Shown: positions 52,443-64,000 of the stretch, piece by piece
Layout: every line of letters starts with the position of its first letter
Position numbering within the stretch: the stretch's first letter is position 1
Assembly (NCBI GenBank): GCA_032718475.1
Contig: JAUCBJ010004179.1
Location: 1 to 64,000, forward strand
DNA: 64,000 bases
Source of the DNA: Nemertoderma westbladi
Taxonomy: Eukaryota; Animalia; Xenacoelomorpha
Direction: 5' to 3'
Translations under genes and position numbers: made by a program
The notes under the pieces: generated by a model
Databases searched by the model: none
The model's input: only the letters and a program-made list of their open reading frames with translations
Told to the model about the DNA's origin: nothing

Positions 52443-55400
52443 GTAAGTGGGTCAATATTGTGAGGATGAATGTCCAAAGAACCGGTACGTACGTACCTAT
52501 GTGTTCCATCGCATGTGCGTGTTCCCAAGGGAGCGGGTAAGTGGGCCAATATTGTGGACCGATATGTTCCATCGCATGTAAATGTTCCCGAAGGAGCGGG
52601 TAAGTGGGCCAATATTGTGAGGATGAATGTCCAAAGAACCGGTACGTACGGACCGATGTGTTCCATCGCATGTACGTGTTCCCAAGGGAGCGGGTAAGTG
52701 GGCCAATATTGTGAGGATGAATGTCCAAAGAACCGGTACGGACCGATGTGTTCCATCGCATGTAAATGTTCCCGAAGGAGCGGGTAAGAGGGCCAATATT
52801 TTGAGGATGAATGTCCAAAGAACCGGTACGGACCGATGTGTTCCATCGCATGTAAATGTTCCCGAAGGAGCGGGTAAGTGGGCCAATATTGTGAGGATGA
52901 ATGTCCAAAGAACCGGTACGTACGGACCGATGTGTTCCATCGCATGTACGTGTTCCCAAGGGAGCGGGTAAGTGGGCCAATATTGTGAGGATGAATGTCC
53001 AAAGAACCGGTACGGACCGATGTGTTCCATCGCATGTACGTGTTCCCAAGGGAGCGGGTAAGTGGGCCAATATTGTGAGGATGAATGTCCAAAGAACCGG
53101 TACGGACCGATGTGTTCCATCGCATGTACGTGTTCCCAAGGGAGCGGGTAAGTGGGCCAATATTGTGAGGATGAATGTCCAAAGAACCGGTACGGACCGA
53201 TGTGTTCCATCGCATGTACGTGTTCCCAAGGGAGCGGGTAAGTGGGCCAATATTGTGAGGATGAATGTCCAAAGAACCGGTACTGACCGATGTGTTCCAT
53301 CGCATGTACGTGTTCCCAAGGGAGCGGGTAAGTGGGCCAATATTGTGAGGATGAATGTCCAAAGAACCGGTACGTACGTACCGATGTGTTCCATCGCATG
53401 TACGTGTTCCCAAGGGAGCGGGTAAGTGGGCCAATATTGTGAGGATGAATGTCCAAAGAACCGGTACGGACCGATGTGTTCCATCGCATGTACGTGTTCC
53501 CAAGGGAGCGGGTAAGAGGGCCAATATTGTGAGGATGAATGTCCAAAGAACCGGTACGTACGTACCGATGTGTTCCATCGCATGTACGTGTTCCCAAGGG
53601 AGCGGGTAAGTGGGCCAATATTGTGAGGATGAATGTCCAAAGAACTGGTACGGACCGATGTGTTCCATCGCATGTAAATGTTCCCGAAGGAGCGGGTAAG
53701 TGGGCCAATATTGTGAGGATGAATGTCCAAAGAACCGGTACGTACGGACCGATGTGTTCCATCGCATGTACGTGTTCCCAAGGGAGCGGGTAAGTGGGCC
53801 AATATTGTGAGGATGAATGTCCAAAGAACCGGTACGGACCGATGTGTTCCATCGCATGTACGTGTTCCCAAGGGAGCGGGTAAGTGGGCCAATATTGTGA
53901 GGATGAATGTCCAAAGAACTGGTACAGACCGATGTGTTCCATCGCATGTAAATGTTCCCAAAGGAGCGGGTAAGAGGGCCAATATTGTGAGGATGAATGT
54001 CCAAAGAATCGGTACGGACCGATGTGTTCCATCGCATGTAAATGTTCCCGAAGGAGCGGGTAAGTGGGCCAATATTGTGAGGATGAATGTCCAAAGAACC
54101 GGTACGTACGGACCGATGTGTTCCATCGCATGTACGTGTTCCCAAGGGAGCGGGTAAGTGGGCCAATATTGTGAGGATGAATGTCCAAAGAACCGGTACG
54201 GACCGATGTGTTCCATCGCATGTACGTGTTCCCAAGGGAGCGGGTAAGTGGGCCAATATTGTGAGGATGAATGTCCAAAGAACCTGTACGGACCGATGTG
54301 TTCCATCGCATGTAAATGTTCCCGAAGGAGCGGGTAAGTGGGCCAATATTGTGAGGATGAATGTCCAAAGAACCGGTACGTACGGACCGATGTGTTCCAT
54401 CGCATGTACGTGTTCCCAAGGGAGCGGGTAAGAGGGCCAATATTGTGAGGATGAATGTCCAAAGAACCGGTACGTACGTACCGATGTGTTCCATCGCATG
54501 TACGTGTTCCCAAGGGAGCGGGTAAGTGGGCCAATATTGTGAGGATGAATGTCCAAAGAACCGGTACGTACGGACCGATGTGTTCCATCGCATGTACGTG
54601 TTCCCAAGGGAGCGGGTAAGTGGGCCAATATTGTGAGGATGAATGTCCAAAGAACTGGTACGGACCGATGTGTTCCATCGCATGTAAATGTTCCCGAAGG
54701 AGCGGGTAAGAGGGCCAATATTGTGAGGATGAATGTCCAAAGAACCGGTACGTACGGACCGATGTGTTCCATCGCATGTACGTGTTCCCAAGGGAGCGGG
54801 TAAGTGGGCCAATATTGTGAGGATGAATGTCCAAAGAACTGGTACGGACCGATGTGTTCCATCGCATGTAAATGTTCCCGAAGGAGCGGGTAAGAGGGCC
54901 AATATTGTGAGGATGAATGTCCAAAGAACCTGTACGGACCGATGTGTTCCATCGCATGTACGTGTTCCCAAGGGAGCGGGTAAGTGGGCCAATATTGTGA
55001 GGATGAATGTCCAAAGAACCGGTACGGACCGATGTGTTCCATCGCATGTACGTGTTCCCGAAGGAGCGGGTAAGAGGGCCAATATTGTGAGGATGAATGT
55101 CCAAAGAACCGGTACGTACGTACCTATGTGTTCCATCGCATGTACGTGTTCCCAAGGGAGCGGGTAAGTGGGCCAATATTGTGAGGATGAATGTCCAAAG
55201 AACCGGTACGTACGGACCGATGTGTTCCATCGCATGTACGTGTTCCCAAGGGAGCGGGTAAGTGGGCCAATATTGTGAGGATGAATGTCCAAAGAACCGG
55301 TACGTACGGACCGATGTGTTCCATCGCATGTAAATGTTCCCGAAGGAGCGGGTAAGTGGGCCAATATTGTGAGGATGAATGTCCAAAGAACCGGTACGTA

Positions 55401-58400
55401 CGGACCGATGTGTTCCATCGCATGTACGTGTTCCCAAGGGAGCGGGTAAGTGGGCCAATATTGTGAGGATGAATGTCCAAAGAACCGGTACGTACGGACC
55501 GATGTGTTCCATCGCATGTACGTGTTCCCAAGGGAGCGGGTAAGTGGGCCAATATTGTGAGGATGAATGTCCAAAGAACCGGTACGTACGGACCGATGTG
55601 TTCCATCGCATGTACGTGTTCCCAAGGGAGCGGGTAAGTGGGCCAATATTGTGAGGATGAATGTCCAAAGAACCGGTACGTACGGACCGATGTGTTCCAT
55701 CGCATGTACGTGTTCCCAAGGGAGCGGGTAAGAGGGCCAATATTGTGAGGATGAATGTCCAAAGAACCGGTACGTACGTACCGATGTGTTCCATCGCATG
55801 TACGTGTTCCCAAGGGAGCGGGTAAGTGGGCCAATATTGTGAGGATGAATGTCCAAAGAACCGGTACGTACGGACCGATGTGTTCCATCGCATGTACGTG
55901 TTCCCAAGGGAGCGGGTAAGTGGGCCAATATTGTGAGGATGAATGTCCAAAGAACCGGTACGTACGGACCGATGTGTTCCATCGCATGTAAATGTTCCCG
56001 AAGGAGCGGGTAAGTGGGCCAATATTGTGAGGATGAATGTCCAAAGAACCGGTACGTACGGACCGATGTGTTCCATCGCATGTACGTGTTCCCAAGGGAG
56101 CGGGTAAGTGGGCCAATATTGTGAGGATGAATGTCCAAAGAACCGGTACGTACGGACCGATGTGTTCCATCGCATGTACGTGTTCCCAAGGGAGCAGGTA
56201 AGAGGGCCAATATTGTGAGGATGAATGTCCAAAGAACCGGTACGTACGTACCGATGTGTTCCATCGCATGTACGTGTTCCCAAGGGAGCGGGTAAGTGGG
56301 CCAATATTGTGAGGATGAATGTCCAAAGAACCGGTACGGACCGATGTGTTCCATCGCATGTAAATGTTCCCGAAGGAGCGGGTAAGTGGGCCAATATTGT
56401 GAGGATGAATGTCCAAAGAACCGGTACGTACGGACCGATGTGTTCCATCGCATGTACGTGTTCCCAAGGGAGCGGGTAAGTGGGCCAATATTGTGAGGAT
56501 GAATGTCCAAAGAACCGGTACGGACCGATGTGTTCCATCGCATGTAAATGTTCCCAAGGGAGCGGGTAAGTGGGCCAATATTGTGAGGATGAATGTCCAA
56601 AGAACCGGTACGGACCGATGTGTTCCATCGCATGTAAATGTTCCCGAAGGAGCGGGTAAGTGGGCCAATATTGTGAGGATGAATGTCCAAAGAACCGGTA
56701 CGTACGGACCGATGTGTTCCATCGCATGTACGTGTTCCCAAGGGAGCGGGTAAGTGGGCCAATATTGTGAGGATGAATGTCCAAAGAACCGGTACGGACC
56801 GATGTGTTCCATCGCATGTAAATGTTCCCAAGGGAGCGGGTAAGTGGGCCAATATTGTGAGGATGAATGTCCAAAGAACCGGTACGGACCGATGTGTTCC
56901 ATCGCATGTAAATGTTCCCGAAGGAGCGGGTAAGTGGGCCAATATTGTGAGGATGAATGTCCAAAGAACCGGTACGTACGGACCGATGTGTTCCATCGCA
57001 TGTACGTGTTCCCAAGGGAGCGGGTAAGTGGGCCAATATTGTGAGGATGAATGTCCAAAGAACTGGTACGGACCGATGTGTTCCATCGCATGTAAATGTT
57101 CCCGAAGGAGCGGGTAAGAGGGCCAATATTGTGAGGATGAATGTCCAAAGAACCGGTACGGACCGATGTGTTCCATCGCATGTAAATGTTCCCAAGGGAG
57201 CGGGTAAGTGGGCCAATATTGTGAGGATGAATGTCCAAAGAACCGGTACGGACCGATGTGTTCCATCGCATGTAAATGTTCCCGAAGGAGCGGGTAAGAG
57301 GGCCAATATTGTGAGGATGAATGTCCAAAGAACCGGTACGTACGGACCGATGTGTTCCATCGCATGTACGTGTTCCCAAGGGAGCGGGTAAGTGGGCCAA
57401 TATTGTGAGGATGAATGTCCAAAGAACTGGTACGGACCGATGTGTTCCATCGCATGTAAATGTTCCCGAAGGAGCGGGTAAGAGGGCCAATATTGTGAGG
57501 ATGAATGTCCAAAGAACCTGTACGGACCGATGTGTTCCATCGCATGTACGTGTTCCCAAGGGAGCGGGTAAGTGGGCCAATATTGTGAGGATGAATGTCC
57601 AAAGAACCGGTACGGACCGATGTGTTCCATCGCATGTACGTGTTCCCGAAGGAGCGGGTAAGAGGGCCAATATTGTGAGGATGAATGTCCAAAGAACCGG
57701 TACGTACGTACCTATGTGTTCCATCGCATGTACGTGTTCCCAAGGGAGCGGGTAAGTGGGCCAATATTGTGAGGATGAATGTCCAAAGAACCGGTACGTA
57801 CGGACCAATGTGTTCCATCGCATGTACGTGTTCCCAAGGGAGCGGGTAAGTGGGCCAATATTGTGAGGATGAATGTCCAAAGAACCGGTACGTACGGACC
57901 GATGTGTTCCATCGCATGTACGTGTTCCCAAGGGAGCGGGTAAGTGGGCCAATATTGTGAGGATGAATGTCCAAAGAACCGGTACGTACGGACCGATGTG
58001 TTCCATCGCATGTAAATGTTCCCGAAGGAGCGGGTAAGAGGGCCAATATTGTGAGGATGAATGTCCAAAGAACCTGTACGGACCGATGTGTTCCATCGCA
58101 TGTACGTGTTCCCAAGGGAGCGGGTAAGTGGGCCAATATTGTGAGGATGAATGTCCAAAGAACCGGTACGGACCGATGTGTTCCATCGCATGTACGTGTT
58201 CCCGAAGGAGCGGGTAAGAGGGCCAATATTGTGAGGATGAATGTCCAAAGAACCGGTACGTACGTACCTATGTGTTCCATCGCATGTACGTGTTCCCAAG
58301 GGAGCGGGTAAGTGGGCCAATATTGTGAGGATGAATGTCCAAAGAACCGGTACGTACGGACCGATGTGTTCCATCGCATGTAAATGTTCCCGAAGGAGCG

Positions 58401-61400
58401 GGTAAGTGGGCCAATATTGTGAGGATGAATGTCCAAAGAACCGGTACGTACGGATCGATGTGTTCCATCGCATGTACGTGTTCCCAAGGGAGCGGGTAAG
58501 TGGGCCAATATTGTGAGGATGAATGTCCAAAGAACCGGTACGTACGGACCGATGTGTTCCATCGCATGTACGTGTTCCCAAGGGAGCGGGTAAGAGGGCC
58601 AATATTGTGAGGATGAATGTCCAAAGAACCGGTACGTACGTACCGATGTGTTCCATCGCATGTACGTGTTCCCAAGGGAGCGGGTAAGGTGGCCAATATT
58701 GTGAGGATGAATGTCCAAAGAACCGGTACGTACGGACCGATGTGTTCCATCGCATGTACGTGTTCCCAAGGGAGCGGGTAAGAGGGCCAATATTGTGAGG
58801 ATGAATGTCCAAAGAACCGGTACGTACGTACCGATGTGTTCCATCGCATGTACGTGTTCCCAAGGGAGCGGGTAAGAGGGCCAATATTGTGAGGATGAAT
58901 GTCCAAAGAACCGGTACGTACGGACCGATGTGTTCCATCGCATGTACGTGTTCCCAAGGGAGCGGGTAAGTGGGCCAATATTGTGAGGATGAATGTCCAA
59001 AGAACTGGTACGGACCGATGTGTTCCATCGCATGTAAATGTTCCCGAAGGAGCGGGTAAGTGGGCCAATATTGTGAGGATGAATGTCCAAAGAACCGGTA
59101 CGTACGGACCGATGTGTTCCATCGCATGTACGTGTTCCCAAGGGAGCGGGTAAGAGGGCCAATATTGTGAGGATGAATGTCCAAAGAACCGGTACGTACG
59201 GACCGATGTGTTCCATCGCATGTACGTGTTCCCAAGGGAGCGGGTAAGTGGGCCAATATTGTGAGGATGAATGTCCAAAGAACTGGTACGGACCGATGTG
59301 TTCCATCGCATGTAAATGTTCCCGAAGGAGCGGGTAAGTGGGCCAATATTGTGAGGATGAATGTCCAAAGAACCGGTACGTACGGACCGATGTGTTCCAT
59401 CGCATGTACGTGTTCCCAAGGGAGCGGGTAAGTGGGCCAATATTGTGAGGATGAATGTCCAAAGAACTGGTACGGACCGATGTGTTCCATCGCATGTAAA
59501 TGTTCCCGAAGGAGCGGGTAAGAGGGCCAATATTGTGAGGATGAATGTCCAAAGAACCTGTACGGACCGATGTGTTCCATCGCATGTACGTGTTCCCAAG
59601 GGAGCGGGTAAGTGGGCCAATATTGTGAGGATGAATGTCCAAAGAACCTGTACGGACCGATGTGTTCCATCGCATGTAAATGTTCCCGAAGGAGCGGGTA
59701 AGTGGGCCAATATTGTGAGGATGAATGTCCAAAGAACCGGTACGTACGGACCGATGTGTTCCATCGCATGTACGTGTTCCCAAGGGAGCGGGTAAGTGGG
59801 CCAATATTGTGAGGATGAATGTCCAAAGAACTGGTACGGACCGATGTGTTCCATCGCATGTAAATGTTCCCGAAGGAGCGGGTAAGAGGGCCAATATTGT
59901 GAGGATGAATGTCCAAAGAACCGGTACGGACCGATGTGTTCCATCGCATGTACGTGTTCCCAAGGGAGCGGGTAAGTGGGCCAATATTGTGAGGATGAAT
60001 GTCCAAAGAACCTGTACGGACCGATGTGTTCCATCGCATGTAAATGTTCCCGAAGGAGCGGGTAAGTGGGCCAATATTGTGAGGATGAATGTCCAAAGAA
60101 CCGGTACGTACGGACCGATGTGTTCCATCGCATGTACGTGTTCCCAAGGGAGCGGGTAAGTGGGCCAATATTGTGAGGATGAATGTCCAAAGAACCGGTA
60201 CGTACGGACCGATGTGTTCCATCGCATGTACGTGTTCCCAAGGGAGCGGGTAAGTGGGCCAATATTGTGAGGATGAATGTCCAAAGAACCGGTACGGACC
60301 GATGTGTTCCATCGCATGTACGTGTTCCCAAGGGAGCGGGTAAGTGGGCCAATATTGTGAGGATGAATGTCCAAAGAACCGGTACGTACGACCGATGTGT
60401 TCCATCGCATGTACGTGTTCCCAAGGGAGCGGGTAAGGGGCCAATATTGTGAGGATGAATGTCCAAAGAACCGGTACGTACGGACCGATGTGTTCCATCG
60501 CATGTACGTGTTCCCGAAGGGAGCGGGTAAGAGGGCCAATATTGTGAGGATGAATGTCCAAAGAACCGGTACGTACGGACCGATGTGTTCCATCGCATGT
60601 ACGTGTTCCCAAGGGAGCGGGTAAGTGGGCCAATATTGTGAGGATGAATGTCCAAAGAACCGGTACGTACGGACCGATGTGTTCCATCGCATGTACGTGT
60701 TCCCAAGGGAGCGGGTAAGTGGGCCAATATTGTGAGGATGAATGTCCAAAGAACCTGGTACGGACCGATGTGTTCCATCGCATGTAAATGTTCCCGAAGG
60801 AGCGGGTAAGTGGGCCAATATTGTGAGGATGAATGTCCAAAGAACCGGTACGTACGGACCGATGTGTTCCATCGCATGTACGTGTTCCCAAGGGAGCGGG
60901 TAAGTGGGCCAATATTGTGAGGATGAATGTCCAAAGAACCGGTACGTACGGACCGATGTGTTCCATCGCATGTACGTGTTCCCAAGGGAGCGGGTAAGTG
61001 GGCCAATATTGTGAGGATGAATGTCCAAAGAACTGGTACGGACCGATGTGTTCCATCGCATGTAAATGTTCCCGAAGGAGCGGGTAAGTGGGCCAATATT
61101 GTGAGGATGAATGTCCAAAGAACCGGTACGTACGGACCGATGTGTTCCATCGCATGTACGTGTTCCCAAGGGAGCGGGTAAGTGGGCCAATATTGTGAGG
61201 ATGAATGTCCAAAGAACCGGTACGGACCGATGTGTTCCATCGCATGTAAATGTTCCCAAGGGAGCGGGTAAGAGGGCCAATATTGTGAGGATGAATGTCC
61301 AAAGAACCTGTACGGACCGATGTGTTCCATCGCATGTACGTGTTCCCAAGGGAGCGGGTAAGTGGGCCAATATTGTGAGGATGAATGTCCAAAGAACCTG

Positions 61401-63008
61401 TACGGACCGATGTGTTCCATCGCATGTAAATGTTCCCGAAGGAGCGGGTAAGTGGGCCAATATTGTGAGGATGAATGTCCAAAGAACCGGTACGTACGGA
61501 CCGATGTGTTCCATCGCATGTACGTGTTCCCAAGGGAGCGGGTAAGTGGGCCAATATTGTGAGGATGAATGTCCAAAGAACTGGTACGGACCGATGTGTT
61601 CCATCGCATGTAAATGTTCCCGAAGGAGCGGGTAAGAGGGCCAATATTGTGAGGATGAATGTCCAAAGAACCGGTACGGACCGATGTGTTCCATCGCATG
61701 TACGTGTTCCCAAGGGAGCGGGTAAGTGGGCCAATATTGTGAGGATGAATGTCCAAAGAACCTGTACGGACCGATGTGTTCCATCGCATGTAAATGTTCC
61801 CGAAGGAGCGGGTAAGTGGGCCAATATTGTGAGGATGAATGTCCAAAGAACCGGTACGTACGGACCGATGTGTTCCATCGCATGTACGTGTTCCCAAGGG
61901 AGCGGGTAAGTGGGCCAATATTGTGAGGATGAATGTCCAAAGAACCGGTACGTACGGACCGATGTGTTCCATCGCATGTACGTGTTCCCAAGGGAGCGGG
62001 TAAGTGGGCCAATATTGTGAGGATGAATGTCCAAAGAACCGGTACGGACCGATGTGTTCCATCGCATGTACGTGTTCCCAAGGGAGCGGGTAAGTGGGCC
62101 AATATTGTGAGGATGAATGTCCAAAGAACTGGTACAGACCGATGTGTTCCATCGCATGTAAATGTTCCCGAAGGAGCGGGTAAGAGGGCCAATATTGTGA
62201 GGATGAATGTCCAAAGAATCGGTACGGACCGATGTGTTCCATCGCATGTAAATGTTCCCGAAGGAGCGGGTAAGTGGGCCAATATTGTGAGGATGAATGT
62301 CCAAAGAACCGGTACGTACGGACCGATGTGTTCCATCGCATGTACGTGTTCCCAAGGGAGCGGGTAAGTGGGCCAATATTGTGAGGATGAATGTCCAAAG
62401 AACCGGTACGGACCGATGTGTTCCATCGCATGTACGTGTTCCCAAGGGAGCGGGTAAGTGGGCCAATATTGTGAGGATGAATGTCCAAAGAACCTGTACG
62501 GACCGATGTGTTCCATCGCATGTAAATGTTCCCGAAGGAGCGGGTAAGTGGGCCAATATTGTGAGGATGAATGTCCAAAGAACCGGTACGTACGGACCGA
62601 TGTGTTCCATCGCATGTACGTGTTCCCAAGGGAGCGGGTAAGTGGGCCAATATTGTGAGGATGAATGTCCAAAGAACCGGTACGTACGGACCGATGTGTT
62701 CCATCGCATGTACGTGTTCCCAAGGGAGCGGGTAAGTGGGCCAATATTGTGAGGATGAATGTCCAAAGAACTGGTACAGACCGATGTGTTCCATCGCATG
62801 TAAATGTTCCCGAAGGAGCGGGTAAGTGGGCCAATATTGTGAGGATGAATGTCCAAAGAACCGGTACGGACCGATGTGTTCCATCGCATGTACGTGTTCC
62901 CAAGGGAGCGGGTAAGTGGGCCAATATTGTGAGGATGAATGTCCAAAGAACCGGTACGGACCGATGTGTTCCATCGCATGTACGTGTTCCCAAGGGAGCG
63001 GGTAAGTG
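52357..63008 (+). repeat. 90/94-bp satellite made from the exon 3' end plus donor, roughly 115 copies over 10.65 kb
   Basis: Unit GTGGGCCAATATTGTGAGG...CCCGAAGGAGCGG|GTAA; first unit is the last 86 nt of exon 11. Confidence 0.97.
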
Positions 63009-63199
63009 CTACGGTGTGAACAATAGGTTCTTTATGATACTATTCATTTAGGGGGTAGGTATAATTCACTGGGGTGAGTATAAATTTCCAGTTCTGGAAA
63101 TAAGTTGTTTAGACTTTTGGGGAATCCGTGGCTAACTGTCCGAATAATACTTGTTACTTTAGTTAAAAGTACTTATGATGTGCTCATTAATTTATTTAG

Positions 63200-63337
63200 C
63201 TGTGATTCGATCTCTGGGGAATGTATATGTCCGCCTGGCTATACTGGCGATAAATGCGATCAACCCTGCGTAGTTGGTTACTATGGCATCGGATGTAGGT
63301 CGCCTTGTCAATGTGAAAACAATGGTCAATGCAATCG
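63200..63337 (+). CDS. Multiple-EGF-repeat gene, exon 12 (gene continues beyond the window)
   Basis: tttag acceptor, CDSISGECICPPGYTGDKC...NGQCN, CG|GTAAGT donor; phase 2 to 2. Confidence 0.9.
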
Positions 63338-64000
63338 GTAAGTCAGTAGTAAACATTATTATTATTTTTTTTAATTAACTAATATTGTTGTATGATGCGT
63401 TTAGTATTTCGTTAGGTTTTAAAATTTTGCTGAAGAAACAGTGACGCCGTTTATATTATCAACCACTATTATAGGCCTAACGTTCTTAGAATGAGGCCAC
63501 ATTATGTACATCCATTTATACATACTGCCTATTTGTACATAAAATTTTAAATGTTTTAATAAAATAATACAACATAATGATCTTTTCTTTTTTTTCTTCT
63601 TATTATCCAAAATAAACTTATCATTCGAGGTTAAGACCCCTAGATCCCTTCCTATAATAAATGTATAATAACAAACACCTCGAAAAATACAGCTTGCCAA
63701 CACATTCTTACTATCAACATAATGATGACATCCGAAACATGGTAGGCTACTCCACACGTTTATCGGTCTATTAACTGAGTTAATATTAATAGCATCCAAA
63801 CATTTACCGACAGACAACGATTAAAACAGGAAACAGCTTAGGCTAGTTCATCACTCGCCCTACAAATGGAAGTTGACTCACAAGTTTAATAAATCAAGAA
63901 CTAAATCAAATGCTGTGCTGTTGTTGCTTTACTAATTTTAGGAGACAGGGGGGGGGGGGGGGGGGGGGGGGGAATTGGGCCGGACACAAATCTTATCTCC

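Noticed and set aside
60380-60760. Cluster of single-base indels in the 90-bp array
   Set aside because: Isolated 1-nt indels concentrated in one patch look like consensus errors rather than biology.
52237-62993. Giant minus-strand ORFs (905-3498 aa)
   Set aside because: All three minus frames are open because the unit lacks antisense stops, and 94-bp units cycle the frames. The unit clearly derives from a plus-strand exon.
52357-63008. Dscam-like array of mutually exclusive exons
   Set aside because: Units contain donors but no polypyrimidine tract or acceptor, so they cannot be independent cassette exons.

Overview
Animal (invertebrate-like, AT-rich, spliceosomal introns) genomic DNA. The backbone is a + strand gene encoding tandem 8-cysteine EGF/laminin-EGF-like repeats (MEGF6/MEGF10/11/Draper-type). 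Twelve phase-consistent internal exons (8662-63337, 2340 nt, about 18 repeats) can be assembled by hand; neither gene end is in the window. An intronless SAM methyltransferase lies in one intron, and an intronless novel-PKC-like kinase probably lies in another, both on the same strand as the host. The introns also hold many transposon relics: Penelope, several LINE 3' ends, a Gypsy-type LTR element with an inverted integrase segment, a solo-LTR family, MITEs, HINE-like elements and a tRNA SINE. The most striking signal is that four different exons have had their own 3' end plus the first few intron bases (the 5' splice site) amplified into tandem arrays of 32, 50, 45 and 90/94 bp units, up to about 10.6 kb. 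No acceptor shows this. A fifth array with the same geometry sits at a cryptic GTAAGT in an antisense LINE fragment. The giant ORFs in the ORF track over these arrays are repeat artefacts.
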